DNA of 64,000 nucleotides. It comes from Myxococcota bacterium. GTDB lineage: Bacteria > Myxococcota_A > SURF-8. Positions within the stretch are counted from its first letter, which is position 1; the number at the start of each line of letters is the position of its first letter. The position numbers and the translations under genes are program-made. The stretch covers positions 4,704,001 through 4,768,000 of the forward strand of contig OZ223209.1 in NCBI GenBank assembly GCA_965140415.1, given 5' to 3'. This document shows positions 19,137 through 30,192 of this stretch, piece after piece. The notes beneath the pieces were generated by a model that was given only the letters and a program-made list of their open reading frames with translations, had not been told where the DNA came from and did not search any database.

Positions 19137-19562
19137 CTATTTTTGATCCGCATTTTCTTTCGAAACGGCAGACACATCACTCTTCGTCTCAGGGTCTTGC
19201 TGCTCGGAAAATTCCGACTTGGCTTCTTCCTTTTCGCTTTCAACCTGCCCGACAGGCGGAGCATCCAATTCGGGCGGAGGGGGATCACCATTAGGATCGG
19301 GAGTCAACGCCGGAGCGTAGGTTTCGCTCAACTCCCGCTCGCGTTTGAGTTTCTGTTCCTCTTCCCAACGGCGGGTATCTCGGCTCTGCTGATACTCACG
19401 GTCATCCTGCACATCTACCGATTCGTATTTTTCCATACGCCCGACGTTGGAACTGTCCGGTTCCATACGATTGCCCGCCTTGCCGCCACTGACACAACCG
19501 CCAATCGTTACGGCAAGAAACAAAACGACCGTCGGCAATATGAGTGTAAACTTCCTTAACAT
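19137..19562 (-). CDS. Hypothetical lipoprotein
   Basis: Lipobox IGGC, low-complexity charged body. Confidence 0.55.
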   Translation of the reverse strand: MLRKFTLILPTVVLFLAVTIGGCVSGGKAGNRMEPDSSNVGRMEKYESVDVQDDREYQQSRDTRRWEEEQKLKRERELSETYAPALTPDPNGDPPPPELDAPPVGQVESEKEEAKSEFSEQQDPETKSDVSAVSKENADQK

Positions 19563-19584
19563 GTCGCCACCTTCCCGAATATTC

Positions 19585-20937
19585 CTAGTGGCCGCCTGCA
19601 CCCTTGGGTTTGGCATTCCAGATGCGCAACAACAGCAAAAAGCCCACCACGCCAAAGGGAATCAGGAAGATGGGCCAGTACTGCCAGTTCTGGGTGGTTA
19701 AAAAACCCAACGCCAGCGACTGCACGCCAGTGCCTAAATACACGAAACCATCGATCACTCCCACCGCTGTGGCCGCCGCTTTGCGTCCGCCGAAATCCAT
19801 GGTGGCGGTACCGGAAAGCAAACCGTGCGTGCCGATTACAGCGATAGACATCAACACGGTGATCGCGCCCAGCACCCAGCCGAAATTCAACGTAAAGATC
19901 ATCGCCACAGAAGAGATCGTCAGGATGCCATACAGAAATCCAGCCGAAGGCGCACGCCGCGACTGGAAGAATTTGTCGCTGACAATCCCTGCCGTCAAAC
20001 CGCCGGTGACGCCCGCAAACCACAGCATTGCACCCCAATTGGACAACATGAAGTCCCAGCCGCCCGTCAACCCGGCAGCCAGTTGTTCCTTGGCGTAGAT
20101 CGGGAACCAGTGCATGACACCATTACGTAAGATTCCGGTGCAGAATTCGATTCCCGCAACAGTCAGAATAACCGGATTGGTTAGAATGCGCTTGAACAGT
20201 TCCATGGTGGGAATCTTACGATTCATATCTTCGCCGCTGCTGGCATCACCGGTATCGAAATCGGTGAGACCTGCTTTAGTCGGGGTGTCCTTCAACAAGA
20301 AGATTTCCACAAGGAAAAATCCGTAAAGCAACAGCGCCGGAGTCATAAACGCCCACCAAAGCGCATCGCCGCCGCTGAAACCGCGTCCAACCACCAAAGC
20401 CGAATCAAGAATACGGCTGGTGACATCGAAAGCCAGGAAAATACCGGAACTGATCATGATGCCGAAAATGCCGGAGAACGTTCCTCGCTCGCTGACGTGG
20501 AACCAGTTGGCGTTGACCTTGACAATACTCACCGCGCCGTAGCTTTGGAAATACATATTCCCGGCATACAGGAAGATATACACTCCCAACAAGGGCGCGC
20601 TGGAGGGATCGTCCATTCCCAGCACATGATAGAGGTAGAGCCCCATCAGCAGGTTCATCGTACCCGCACCCAATGCGGCGATCAAAATCCCTTTTTTTCC
20701 GCCAATGCGATCCACCAAAGGACCATTGATCAGGAAAGAGAAGGCGTACACCACCGCGCCGATGCCGAAGATCTCTCCGAAATCGGTCTTCGTCATCAAG
20801 TCGCCCAGAGCGTTTTTACTGACGGTCAGATTATAGCGACCCATGTACAGCAGGGCGTAAGTCAGCCCCATTGGGAACCAGTTGATAAAACGCCGTCGCC
20901 GGTAATCGGATGTGTGTTGAATCGCGGAATTCGCCAT
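19585..20937 (-). CDS. MFS transporter, GlpT/UhpT (organophosphate:Pi antiporter)-like
   Basis: YALLYMGRYN, GPLVDRIGGK, WFHVSERG, AAATAVGVIDGFVYLG; ~12 TM segments. Confidence 0.85.
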   Translation of the reverse strand: MANSAIQHTSDYRRRRFINWFPMGLTYALLYMGRYNLTVSKNALGDLMTKTDFGEIFGIGAVVYAFSFLINGPLVDRIGGKKGILIAALGAGTMNLLMGLYLYHVLGMDDPSSAPLLGVYIFLYAGNMYFQSYGAVSIVKVNANWFHVSERGTFSGIFGIMISSGIFLAFDVTSRILDSALVVGRGFSGGDALWWAFMTPALLLYGFFLVEIFLLKDTPTKAGLTDFDTGDASSGEDMNRKIPTMELFKRILTNPVILTVAGIEFCTGILRNGVMHWFPIYAKEQLAAGLTGGWDFMLSNWGAMLWFAGVTGGLTAGIVSDKFFQSRRAPSAGFLYGILTISSVAMIFTLNFGWVLGAITVLMSIAVIGTHGLLSGTATMDFGGRKAAATAVGVIDGFVYLGTGVQSLALGFLTTQNWQYWPIFLIPFGVVGFLLLLRIWNAKPKGAGGH

Positions 20938-21217
20938 GCCGTATCCTTTCTTCGCTCCAGAGGGATCGTCGGAAGTTTTCCGAAAAACGCTGTCAGCATA
21001 CACAAACGGAAAGAAAGGGTAAAGGATTTGTTCATCGCCCATTCATGCTGGATCATTAGAATCCTGTTACCTGTAATGAATATTCACGATAAAAGTTGCT
21101 CCTCATGAAAAAAACGCTTACCCTTTCCGACTAAACAAGTATGATTCTACTGCTCAAGTAATTCGGAAACAAGGATTCGGCCACACCGGTCTCAGCAGGC
21201 ATCGGAGAGGAATAATC

Positions 21218-22099
21218 ATGAACGATCATTCGAAGGAAAGTCTGGCCAAGGCAAAAAGCAGAATCAAACCGTTACGAACGGTAAGAACGTTTGCTAATAA
21301 CAGAGCCTGCTCGGATACCTTGTTTCATGTTCTCTGCCACGCCTTCGAACAACCACTACAGAAAGAAGAACGGGCGAGCCAGGTTTTCGCCGGTGGAATT
21401 CTGCAAAACGGGTATCAATGCGGTATGCTTTGGGGATCGACCTTAGCCGCCGGGGCAGAAGCCTACCGACTGTTCGGTCCGGGTCCGGAAGCTGAAATCC
21501 GAGCCATATTGGCTGCCCAAAAGATAGTCAGCGCATTCCGCTTGGACAGCAAACATATCAACTGCCTCGAAATCACGGATATCGACAAATCCTCTTCCAA
21601 GTTGAAAATGTTCACCTATTTTATCATCAAAGGAGGAACGATCGGATGTTTCCGCCGGGCGGCACGATTCGCCCCTATCGCATTCGATCAGATCGCAACC
21701 TCATTTTCAGAGGAAATCGACTCTATTCCCGATCCACCAGTCAGTTGTGCAACTCTGTTAGCGAAGAGGTTGGAACTCTCGGAACAACAAACCTGCATGG
21801 TAGCGGGGCTGGCTGGCGGCATCGGCTTGTGCGGCGGAGCTTGCGGGGCATTGGGAGTTGCCCTGTGGGTACTTGCACAACGTGTTCTTGGTGATCAGCC
21901 GAAAAGCAACGCATGGAATTCGAAAGACTTCCAACCCAAAGCAGACGCTCTGATCGACCGATTCCTGAAAAGTGCCGGTCACGAATTCACCTGTAGCGCC
22001 ATCGTCGGAAAAACGTTCGAAAACGTCAACGAGCATTCCTGCTATTTGCGGGAAGGCGGCTGCTCGCAACTCATCGAAGAGTTGACTGAGATCCAGTAA
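21218..22099 (+). CDS. C-GCAxxG-C-C family putative redox protein with tandem domains
   Basis: AGG...YQCGMLWG and GLAGGIGLCGGACGALG, each with flanking Cys. Confidence 0.75.
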   Translation: MNDHSKESLAKAKSRIKPLRTVRTFANNRACSDTLFHVLCHAFEQPLQKEERASQVFAGGILQNGYQCGMLWGSTLAAGAEAYRLFGPGPEAEIRAILAAQKIVSAFRLDSKHINCLEITDIDKSSSKLKMFTYFIIKGGTIGCFRRAARFAPIAFDQIATSFSEEIDSIPDPPVSCATLLAKRLELSEQQTCMVAGLAGGIGLCGGACGALGVALWVLAQRVLGDQPKSNAWNSKDFQPKADALIDRFLKSAGHEFTCSAIVGKTFENVNEHSCYLREGGCSQLIEELTEIQ

Positions 22100-22123
22100 G
22101 TTTGTTTACCACTCGTCAGACAA

Positions 22124-24073
22124 TCACCCCAGCCACTTCTCGAAGGCGTCGAAGTTGAAGTCACGTCCTAAAAAGTCCTTGATAAGCTCGGAAGCATCGC
22201 GACTACCGCCCGGTTCCAGAATCGCACGTCGATAGGCAAACGTCATCTTGGTATCAGCTAACCCTGCCTGCTTGAACGCATCGTAGAAATCCTTGGCGAT
22301 AACCAATGACCACATGTAGGTGTAGTAATTGGAACTGTAACCCACCAGATGCCCGAAGCCGGTTTCGAAATGAGCGTCTTCGGTTACCGGATACAGCGAG
22401 TAGCGCCGCTGGGTGTCATCGACGAAGCTGCGCAATTCCAGCTTTTCCGGTTCGATCGTGTATAGCCCCAATGCCAACGCGGCATAGAACATCTGCTGAC
22501 GCGCTTGCTGTCCCTTACCGAATTCATTGGCTTCCCGCATACGCTCCACCAATTCCGTCGGGATCGCTTCCCCTTTTTCGTTGACGGCAAAACGTTGCAG
22601 CATTTCGGCGTCCCAGGCCCATTCTTCGAACAACTGGGAAGGCACTTCCACGAAATCCCACTCGGTCGCCACGCCGGAGAAGCGCAGCCAGTTCTGCCGC
22701 CCAGCCAGAATGTGGTGCAGCAAATGTCCGAACTCGTGGAAGAAAGTCGTTACCTGCTGATGTTCCAATAGCGCCGGACCAGCCGTTTTGGCAGGATCCG
22801 GGAAATTGGCTACAATCGCCCCTTCGGCAATGCGGCGATTCGCTAAACCGCCAACCATAGGGAACATGGCGGCATGCTTGTATTTGTTCTCGCGCGGATG
22901 CAGATCCAGGTAGATCCGTCCGATACGTTCCTCTTTTTCGAACACATCCAGCACGTGCACGCTGGGATGCCATACATCCGCACCCTTGACCTGCTCGAAA
23001 CGTAGACCGAACAAGTTCTCACAAATCTCAAGAATTCCCTGAAACACATTGGCCACGTTGAAATAAGGGCGCACCTGCTGCGAATCGAACTGGTACTGCT
23101 CCATCAAGACCTGTCGCATCAGGTAATCTTTTTCCCAGGCATAGACCTTGCTCGCCTGCGGATCGTCTTTCTGCTTGCGCTTCAACAATGTCGCCAGTTC
23201 ATCGCGCCCGCGCGCCAGGCTGCGATCGCTGACCCGCTCGATGAATTCCCGCGCCCGCTCGGGATGTTTGATCATCAATTCTTCGGTGGCGTAATGGCTC
23301 CAGCCCGTGTACCCCAGCGTAGTCGCCAGTTCATGACGCAAGGAGAGCAATTCGACCAGCACGTTTTCATTGGCGGGATAGGCCAGCTTCAACCGCAGGC
23401 GGTACAGTTCCTCACGCAACGCGCCGTCATCGGCATAAGTCATGACTGGAATGAAATCCGTGGTGTCGGTGCTGATGCGGATCACGCCGTTTTCATCGGG
23501 CTGGTGAGCGTCGATAAAATCCTGCGGCAATCCCGATAGCCTGCCAACATCCGCAAACTCGACGTAACGGGTATCCTCGCGAATGTTGCGCTCGAAAGTC
23601 TGACCCACCAGGGTGACCTTGTCGTTCAAGTCGCGAATGCTCGCCCGGGTGGCTTCGTCGCGATCCACACCCGCACGGCGAAAATCGCGCAGTACTTTTT
23701 CGATCAGCCGCAAAGCATCCTGCTGCCAGTCGCCTTTCGTCGTGTCCAGCGATTCGAACACTTCGAACAAATCGCGATCCAGCGAGAATTCCGTAATCAG
23801 CTTCACCAGTTGCTGTTCCGCAAGTTCTCCAGCCAAACGCACGCCCTCATCGGGATGAACGCTCTGGTACAAGCCTGCCAGGCTGTAGCTGTCTTCCACG
23901 AACACCTGCATCTGGTCGTATAGCTCCAGAATTTCCGCATCGGACAACTGCTCCCGCTCCGCCTTGATCCGCTCGCATAACGCACGTGCCTGATCCGCGT
24001 ATCGTTCACACCAGCTTTTAAATACTTTGCCTTTTTCGCTAAGTTGGTCGCTCGTATTTTCCGTCATAACCAT
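22124..24073 (-). CDS. M3 family metallopeptidase (thimet oligopeptidase-like)
   Basis: FHEFGHLLH, DFVEVPSQLFEEW, FGHL..YYTYMWS. Confidence 0.95.
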   Translation of the reverse strand: MVMTENTSDQLSEKGKVFKSWCERYADQARALCERIKAEREQLSDAEILELYDQMQVFVEDSYSLAGLYQSVHPDEGVRLAGELAEQQLVKLITEFSLDRDLFEVFESLDTTKGDWQQDALRLIEKVLRDFRRAGVDRDEATRASIRDLNDKVTLVGQTFERNIREDTRYVEFADVGRLSGLPQDFIDAHQPDENGVIRISTDTTDFIPVMTYADDGALREELYRLRLKLAYPANENVLVELLSLRHELATTLGYTGWSHYATEELMIKHPERAREFIERVSDRSLARGRDELATLLKRKQKDDPQASKVYAWEKDYLMRQVLMEQYQFDSQQVRPYFNVANVFQGILEICENLFGLRFEQVKGADVWHPSVHVLDVFEKEERIGRIYLDLHPRENKYKHAAMFPMVGGLANRRIAEGAIVANFPDPAKTAGPALLEHQQVTTFFHEFGHLLHHILAGRQNWLRFSGVATEWDFVEVPSQLFEEWAWDAEMLQRFAVNEKGEAIPTELVERMREANEFGKGQQARQQMFYAALALGLYTIEPEKLELRSFVDDTQRRYSLYPVTEDAHFETGFGHLVGYSSNYYTYMWSLVIAKDFYDAFKQAGLADTKMTFAYRRAILEPGGSRDASELIKDFLGRDFNFDAFEKWLG

Positions 24074-24148
24074 AAACTCCGTTATGAGAGTGGATTCATC
24101 AACAGACCCACCTGGATCATCGATTCGTTATTGCCAAACTGAATTCAA

Positions 24149-25723
24149 TCAGGAACCGGGCTGCGCATTCGGATCGATCGCACCGATCACGACGTCGCTG
24201 CCCCCTGCGCCGACCAAAGGAGATCCGGGCATGGGAGTGAAATCAAGTCGGGCAGGGTCGGTGAACATTGGATTCTTGGAGATATCGAAACCCGGAATTT
24301 CCAAAAAACCCTCATATTCCCTCTGGGTGTTTCCCCAAACACAGTTTCCCCGAATGCGGGGCTTGACTTCGAGATTCTTGCGAATCGACAGACCAATGGC
24401 GGAACCGACCACAACGTTGGCCACGAATGCACCTTCGCTGTTCTCCAAAAACCATGCGCCAATCTTGGCGTTACGGTAAAAAGTATTGTTGGCGACAACC
24501 GGCTTACTCGTCTGCGCCGCCAGAATACCGTGCCAGCCATTCTCCACTAACAGATTGTAGCGCAGTCTAGGCTTACTGGCGCGCATGATCACCACTCCGA
24601 CTTTCTCGTTCCGAAGAATCCAGTTGCGCTCGATCACCGGACGTCCGCTGTCGAGCACTTCGATACCGTTTTCCTTGTTTTCCCGAATGCGGTTGCCGGT
24701 AGCGGTGGCTTCCGCGCCCTGCTTGAACTGCATCCCCGTACCGTTTTTAGCGATATCGTTTCCGCTGATTGTGGGTTGGGAACTGCCTTCGACCAGAATA
24801 CCAAGCTTCAGGTTATCGCTAATCAGATTGCTAAGAACCTGCCCGCCACCACTTGTTAAAAACAGGATTCCGTTTTCATTTCCTGTTATGGTGTTTTTTT
24901 CCATTGTCACCGTAGAGCGATTGTCCACGATCACACCTGCCTGTCCACCCATCGCGTCTCTTGGCAGAACAACTTTTTCCTTCAAAAGTCCGTTGTTTTT
25001 AATGGTATTTTCGATTAGTTGGATGTCCGAACCCATCTGAATGCCAACACCGAAGAAACTGTTGTCCTCGATTGTCGCACGCTGCACCTTGATGCTTGCG
25101 CCTTCTTCATCGCGGTAGATCGTCTGGTTCTGCGGGATACCATCCGGGTACTTGCGCACTTCGATTCCACGACCGTTTTTGCTTATGCTCACATCTTTTA
25201 TATCCGCACGGGCTTCGTGATGAAAGAACAACCCGGCATATCCGTTGTTCTGAATCACACAATTCTTCATGTCCAGATTGCCGTATCGCAACATCTCGAT
25301 ACCGGAAGTCTTGCTTCCTGAAATCGAACTGTTCGTCAACGACAAATCCGTTGAGTTGAGCAATACTACCGGATGATTGGAACCTCCGGCTTTTTGCAGT
25401 GCCAGGTTTTTGACCTTGACGTTACTTGCATCGCGCCCGACCATAGCCGGCCCTTCACCACTAAAACGCACCGTGACGCCCTGCGTTCCGTGCAGGTTCA
25501 TATTGGTCTGCAAAATAATCTGTTCGTCGTACACACCAGGTTTGACAATCAGATCCTGACCTTCTTTCCAATCATTCAATGCTTCCCGAATGCTGGTATA
25601 GTCACCTGCGCCCGATTGATCGATCACGAGCACTTTCTTGGCGGCACAGCCGTTTACAAACATCAGAGCCATTGTGGCAAGCAGAATCAGAAAAAGCGGC
25701 CAGTTACGGTGAAATAGTTTCAT
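24149..25723 (-). CDS. Right-handed parallel beta-helix lipoprotein (pectin lyase-like fold)
   Basis: Lipobox VNGC, GAGDYTSIREAL, PGVY, repeated NxIxxNxxxGI, terminal NPMFTDP..DF. Confidence 0.85.
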   Translation of the reverse strand: MKLFHRNWPLFLILLATMALMFVNGCAAKKVLVIDQSGAGDYTSIREALNDWKEGQDLIVKPGVYDEQIILQTNMNLHGTQGVTVRFSGEGPAMVGRDASNVKVKNLALQKAGGSNHPVVLLNSTDLSLTNSSISGSKTSGIEMLRYGNLDMKNCVIQNNGYAGLFFHHEARADIKDVSISKNGRGIEVRKYPDGIPQNQTIYRDEEGASIKVQRATIEDNSFFGVGIQMGSDIQLIENTIKNNGLLKEKVVLPRDAMGGQAGVIVDNRSTVTMEKNTITGNENGILFLTSGGGQVLSNLISDNLKLGILVEGSSQPTISGNDIAKNGTGMQFKQGAEATATGNRIRENKENGIEVLDSGRPVIERNWILRNEKVGVVIMRASKPRLRYNLLVENGWHGILAAQTSKPVVANNTFYRNAKIGAWFLENSEGAFVANVVVGSAIGLSIRKNLEVKPRIRGNCVWGNTQREYEGFLEIPGFDISKNPMFTDPARLDFTPMPGSPLVGAGGSDVVIGAIDPNAQPGS

Positions 25724-25846
25724 TCCGTTCGTCTCCCTCGGCGTTATCAACGGTTTCATACCTCACCCCCTACCTACCTTATTTCCGTTCGAAAATCAAG
25801 ACAGCAAAGTGGATATGAACATCAAACAAACCGATATTCGGTGCCG

Positions 25847-27301
25847 TCACTTCTTCCAGAATTCGGGGATCAGCAGCAATAGAATCGTGTAAATTTCCAG
25901 ACGCCCAAGCAGCATGCAGAAAATCAGAATCCATTTGACCACCGGTTGCAGGTGCGCAAAATTGTCCACCGGACCGACGCTGCCCAGGCCGGGACCGATG
26001 TTGCCGATACAAGCCGCTACAGATGAAAAAGAGGTAACGAAGTCATGCCCGAAGGAAGCCACTACCAAGGAGGCCAGTACGAACAGGAAGATGTACAGAA
26101 CGAAAAAGCCGATAACGGCGTCCAGCACCGGCTCAGGAATAACCTTGCCACCGACCTTGACGTGCTTGACTGCGCGGGGATGAATGAGCCGGAACAATTC
26201 CCGGTAGCCATGCTTTAGCAGCAACCAGACTCGAATGACCTTCATGCCGCCGCCGGTAGACCCGGCGCTTCCACCAACAAACATCAGCAGAAACAATAGA
26301 AGCGGAGCCAGAGCCACCGTCGCCCCCCAGGCTTCGAAGTCCGCCGAATTGTACCCGGTGGTGGTCACGATCGAAACCACTTGGAAAACGCTGTAGCGCA
26401 GTGATTGCCAAACGGAGGAATACTCCCCGGACAGCCGAAGCATCGACGTCAAGATCACAGTACTGACCGCAACGATAATCAAATAGGCTCGGAATTCGGA
26501 GTCGCGAAAATAGCTGCGCGGACTTCCCTTAAGCGCCAGGTAATGCAAGGTAAAGTTGACTCCCGCCAACAGCATGAACAGCGTAATAACCATTTCCTGA
26601 AACGGCGTAGAGGACATCAGGGAATCCGGGCGCGTGCCGAAACCGCCGGTGGCTAAGGTCGTAAACGAATGGCAGATCGCTTCGAAAGCTGTCATTCCAC
26701 CGATCGTCAGCAACACCATTTCCAAGGCAGTCAGCAACACATACACTTTCCACAGCAATTTGGCCGTGTCGCGAATGCGCGGTTGCAACTTGTCCGTTGT
26801 GGGACCGGGCACTTCGGCTTTGAACAATTGCATGCCACCCACACCCAACAAGGGTAGAATCGCCAACGACAGCACGATGATCCCCATGCCGCCGAACCAT
26901 TGAATGATGCTGCGCCAGAAAAGAATACCGCGCGGCATTGAGCCGATGTCGGTGAGAATAGTGGAGCCGGTTGTGGTGAAACCACTTACGGATTCGAAGT
27001 AAGCGTTGGTAAAACCACCAAAACTGCCATAAAGCCAGAAGGGCAAAGATCCGAAGAAACAAGCGCTTATCCAGGCCAGCGCCACCACCAGAAAACCGTC
27101 TCGGTGGCTCAATTCATCTTCCGCCTTGCGTGTAAACAGTACCGCCAGGCCACTGAGTAGTAGCGTTGTAGGCAATGCAACGGAAAAAGCGCGCAAATCC
27201 GGTCCGTCGTCGTATAAGGCGATCAGAAGAGGAAAAATCATGGTCGCGCCAAGTACAAAATTCAGCGCACCCAAAAGCTTGATAATTAATTTCCAGCGCA
27301 T
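25847..27301 (-). CDS. trkH: Trk potassium uptake membrane protein
   Basis: FESVSGFTTTG, LATGGF, TTTGY, GSTGGGMK, GNIGPG, GRLEI. Confidence 0.95.
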   Translation of the reverse strand: MRWKLIIKLLGALNFVLGATMIFPLLIALYDDGPDLRAFSVALPTTLLLSGLAVLFTRKAEDELSHRDGFLVVALAWISACFFGSLPFWLYGSFGGFTNAYFESVSGFTTTGSTILTDIGSMPRGILFWRSIIQWFGGMGIIVLSLAILPLLGVGGMQLFKAEVPGPTTDKLQPRIRDTAKLLWKVYVLLTALEMVLLTIGGMTAFEAICHSFTTLATGGFGTRPDSLMSSTPFQEMVITLFMLLAGVNFTLHYLALKGSPRSYFRDSEFRAYLIIVAVSTVILTSMLRLSGEYSSVWQSLRYSVFQVVSIVTTTGYNSADFEAWGATVALAPLLLFLLMFVGGSAGSTGGGMKVIRVWLLLKHGYRELFRLIHPRAVKHVKVGGKVIPEPVLDAVIGFFVLYIFLFVLASLVVASFGHDFVTSFSSVAACIGNIGPGLGSVGPVDNFAHLQPVVKWILIFCMLLGRLEIYTILLLLIPEFWKK

Positions 27302-27316
27302 GATTCCGGCGACCGT

Positions 27317-28675
27317 CTAGAAGTATTCGAGTTTGACGGAAAAGATTTTTTCGACCTTCCGAATCGCGCCGCGCTCGGCGAAGATGATCACCCGGTCGTT
27401 GGGTTCGATTTTCGTATCGCCGCGTGGAATGATCACTTGCTCATCGCGCACCACAGCCATCACTAACGCACCGCGCGGGAACTTGAGTTTGCTAAGCGGT
27501 TTACCCACCACATCCGACGTTTCCAGCGCAACGAACTCGATGCTTTCGGCGTTCTTCTCCCGAATGGCCTCCACTGCGATCACGTTTCCCTTGCGCAAGA
27601 ACTGCATAATGCGGCTGACAGCCGCCAGTTGCGGACTGATAGTGGCGTCCACGCCCAAATTCGACAACAAACTGGTGTAGTCCACGCGATTGGAAACCGT
27701 AATCGCGTTGGGTACTCCCAGGGATTTGGCCAGTAGCGCCGAAAGAATATTTTCCTCCGTATCCTTGCTACAGGAGACGAAGACATCCATGGAGGCGATG
27801 TTTTCCTGCTCCAACAAATCGCCGTCCATACCCTCGCCGTGAAGAATCGTGGTGCGAGACAAACGGTCGGCAAGCCAGGTACAACGAGCATCGTCGTTTT
27901 CGATCAGCTTGATGACCAGACCGCGCTCCTCCAGTAGCCGCGCCAGATACAGACCGGTATTGCTCCCGCCGTAAATGATGACGTGCTCGGTCTTACCCGC
28001 TTTCTTGCCCACCAGTTTGAGCATCTTGGGCATGTCTTCAGGTGTCACGGTGAAATACACGATGTCGTTGACCCGCAGACTGTCGGAACCCATGGGAACG
28101 ATCACGTCCTTACCGCGATAGATGGCCGCAACGAGCGGCGTATAATTGGGCACCAGATCGCCCAAGGCAAACATCTTGCGATTGGCCAACAGGGAAGCGG
28201 CCTCGATGCGAAAACCGGCCAGCAGCACACGCCCATTTGCGAAAGGAATCAGATCCAGGGCTTGCGGCACTTGCAATAAACGTGCAATTTTCTGTGCGGC
28301 TTCGTATTCCGGATTGATGAACAGATCGAAATTCTGCTGCGAAAAGACTTCCGGGTTCTTGATGAAACTAGGTTCGCGCACACGCGCGATCTTGATGCAG
28401 TTGGGAGCGTAGTGCTGCGCGACCATGCAGGCCACGATGTTGACTTCGTCCTGGTTGCTTACGGCAATCAGCATACCAGCCTTGGCAATACCCGCCCGTT
28501 GCAAAATTTCGGGTGACGATCCCGAACCGGGAATGAACTGGGCGTCGAGTTGTTCCTCGATCTGCTGTAAGCGCTCGGAATCCTGGTCGATCAGTACGAC
28601 ATCCTTGCTTTCGCCGCACAGCTTCTCGGCGATATGGAAGCCGACTTCGCCCGCTCCAATAATGATGACTTTCAT
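27317..28675 (-). CDS. trkA: Trk potassium uptake NAD-binding subunit
   Basis: IIIGAGEVG, tandem RCK domains, upstream of trkH. Confidence 0.95.
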   Translation of the reverse strand: MKVIIIGAGEVGFHIAEKLCGESKDVVLIDQDSERLQQIEEQLDAQFIPGSGSSPEILQRAGIAKAGMLIAVSNQDEVNIVACMVAQHYAPNCIKIARVREPSFIKNPEVFSQQNFDLFINPEYEAAQKIARLLQVPQALDLIPFANGRVLLAGFRIEAASLLANRKMFALGDLVPNYTPLVAAIYRGKDVIVPMGSDSLRVNDIVYFTVTPEDMPKMLKLVGKKAGKTEHVIIYGGSNTGLYLARLLEERGLVIKLIENDDARCTWLADRLSRTTILHGEGMDGDLLEQENIASMDVFVSCSKDTEENILSALLAKSLGVPNAITVSNRVDYTSLLSNLGVDATISPQLAAVSRIMQFLRKGNVIAVEAIREKNAESIEFVALETSDVVGKPLSKLKFPRGALVMAVVRDEQVIIPRGDTKIEPNDRVIIFAERGAIRKVEKIFSVKLEYF

Positions 28676-28687
28676 GGTTGGTGTGCC

Positions 28688-30172
28688 TTACCTGGTAAAG
28701 GCTTCGAGATATACGACAGAACGCTGTGTTCCGCTGGTCGCCCAGAAATTGCCGCGAAGGGGGTTGGCGGCTATACCGGTGAGCTTCACGCCCAAGACCC
28801 GATGCAGCATCAGCAGTTTTCCCGTGGCCGGATCGATTTCGTAAATATCCGAATCGTCTTCGTCCTGGTTGAGAACGTACAAGGTTCCGTTTTGGGCGGT
28901 TATTCCAACCAAGTTACTGAATTCCGGGTATTCGAAATAGGATGAGGTCCACTGTCCGGTGTCCTCTACGAAACGGTAAATGCGGTTGTAACCGCTGTCG
29001 GTCACCCAGTAATCACCGTTCAATTCGGTCAAGGCGGTCGGCTCGGCCAGATCCACCGGCAGAGAAATATCACCCTGCGGCAAGGGGGTCACCTTCCGAC
29101 TGTCAGCATCCAGGAAAATCGGCTGCGACTCGTTGTTGCCGTTTGGAATCACGCCACGATACAAGCTGTCCGAAGCACTGAATACAGCGGTTCCAAGGCT
29201 CCCCGATGCTTCGTTATCGTATGGCATGGTGGCGTAACCATCGTCGTTGACGATGTACAGATCGTAAGCATCACCATTACGAACCCACCCCAGATCTGTA
29301 AATATACCCGGCACGGAAGTACTCGCCGCCACCGAATAATTCCTCGCCAAGTTCGGATAGTCCATGGGCAGTTCTCCATCGATATCACCGTCGGGAGGAA
29401 AAACCGTGTCGCCGTCTACTTGATCGCCATCAATGGAATCGCCATCAACCGCGTCACCATCAGTTGCATCACCATCAACCGTGTCGCCGTCTACTTGTGC
29501 AACACTGGTGAAAAAGCGGTAGCTGTAGGAATAGCTGCTGCCCGCCTGTTTGGTATCCATCACTAAGTAATACGTGCCATCGGCCTGAGAAATGAACTCG
29601 AGTTCCTCACCCAGTCCCGTTCCAAGAGCATCAACCTGGGCGACACACGTGGCCCCCTGCGAACAATCCGACAATACATACATCACGTCGTCATTTTCGC
29701 TGCTGGTAAAGGTCGCCGTCAACTGTTCACCCTGGAACAGATACACCGCAGCCACCAATTCCGGTCCGACTCCTGGACCACCGCCGTCACCATCTACAGC
29801 GCTCAATCCCCAGTCACAGTTGACACCGTCCAATGCACTGTCTTCCCGCACCAGGCTTCCGCTGTCGTCCTTCGGTCCCTGTCGGCGGTCTTCCACGGCA
29901 TAAGCGATCGGATCGCTACAGGTGGCGTCGGAAGAAACGTTTTCTGTGTCATCACCGTCGATCACGACATCGCTACCGTCGCCGTCCGGAATGTAAACGC
30001 TGCTGTCACCGTCGGTACTGGGTGGATTGTTACTGGTGCTATCGGGAATGCAAACACCGTCGCGCATGTGCTGTCCCTCGGGACAGCCGCTTTCCTCGTT
30101 GCAATTCAGGCAAAACAAGGCGATTAAGGCGATCATGCAAAACATGAAACCACGTTTTCCAGTAAGTGCCAT
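28688..30172 (-). CDS. Lipoprotein with DGD repeats, PPC-like domain and C-terminal beta-propeller-like repeats
   Basis: Lipobox CLNC; GPELV...MYVL..C...GTYYLVMD; (xDGDx)n; PTAL/WVTD/IYEIDP blades. Confidence 0.7.
   Translation of the reverse strand: MALTGKRGFMFCMIALIALFCLNCNEESGCPEGQHMRDGVCIPDSTSNNPPSTDGDSSVYIPDGDGSDVVIDGDDTENVSSDATCSDPIAYAVEDRRQGPKDDSGSLVREDSALDGVNCDWGLSAVDGDGGGPGVGPELVAAVYLFQGEQLTATFTSSENDDVMYVLSDCSQGATCVAQVDALGTGLGEELEFISQADGTYYLVMDTKQAGSSYSYSYRFFTSVAQVDGDTVDGDATDGDAVDGDSIDGDQVDGDTVFPPDGDIDGELPMDYPNLARNYSVAASTSVPGIFTDLGWVRNGDAYDLYIVNDDGYATMPYDNEASGSLGTAVFSASDSLYRGVIPNGNNESQPIFLDADSRKVTPLPQGDISLPVDLAEPTALTELNGDYWVTDSGYNRIYRFVEDTGQWTSSYFEYPEFSNLVGITAQNGTLYVLNQDEDDSDIYEIDPATGKLLMLHRVLGVKLTGIAANPLRGNFWATSGTQRSVVYLEAFTR
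29375..29497 (-). repeat. 15-nt coding repeat encoding tandem xDGDx
   Basis: VDGDTVDGDATDGDAVDGDSIDGDQVDGDTVFPPDGD. Confidence 0.85.
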
Positions 30173-30192
30173 CATACATCCTTTCCGATCGA

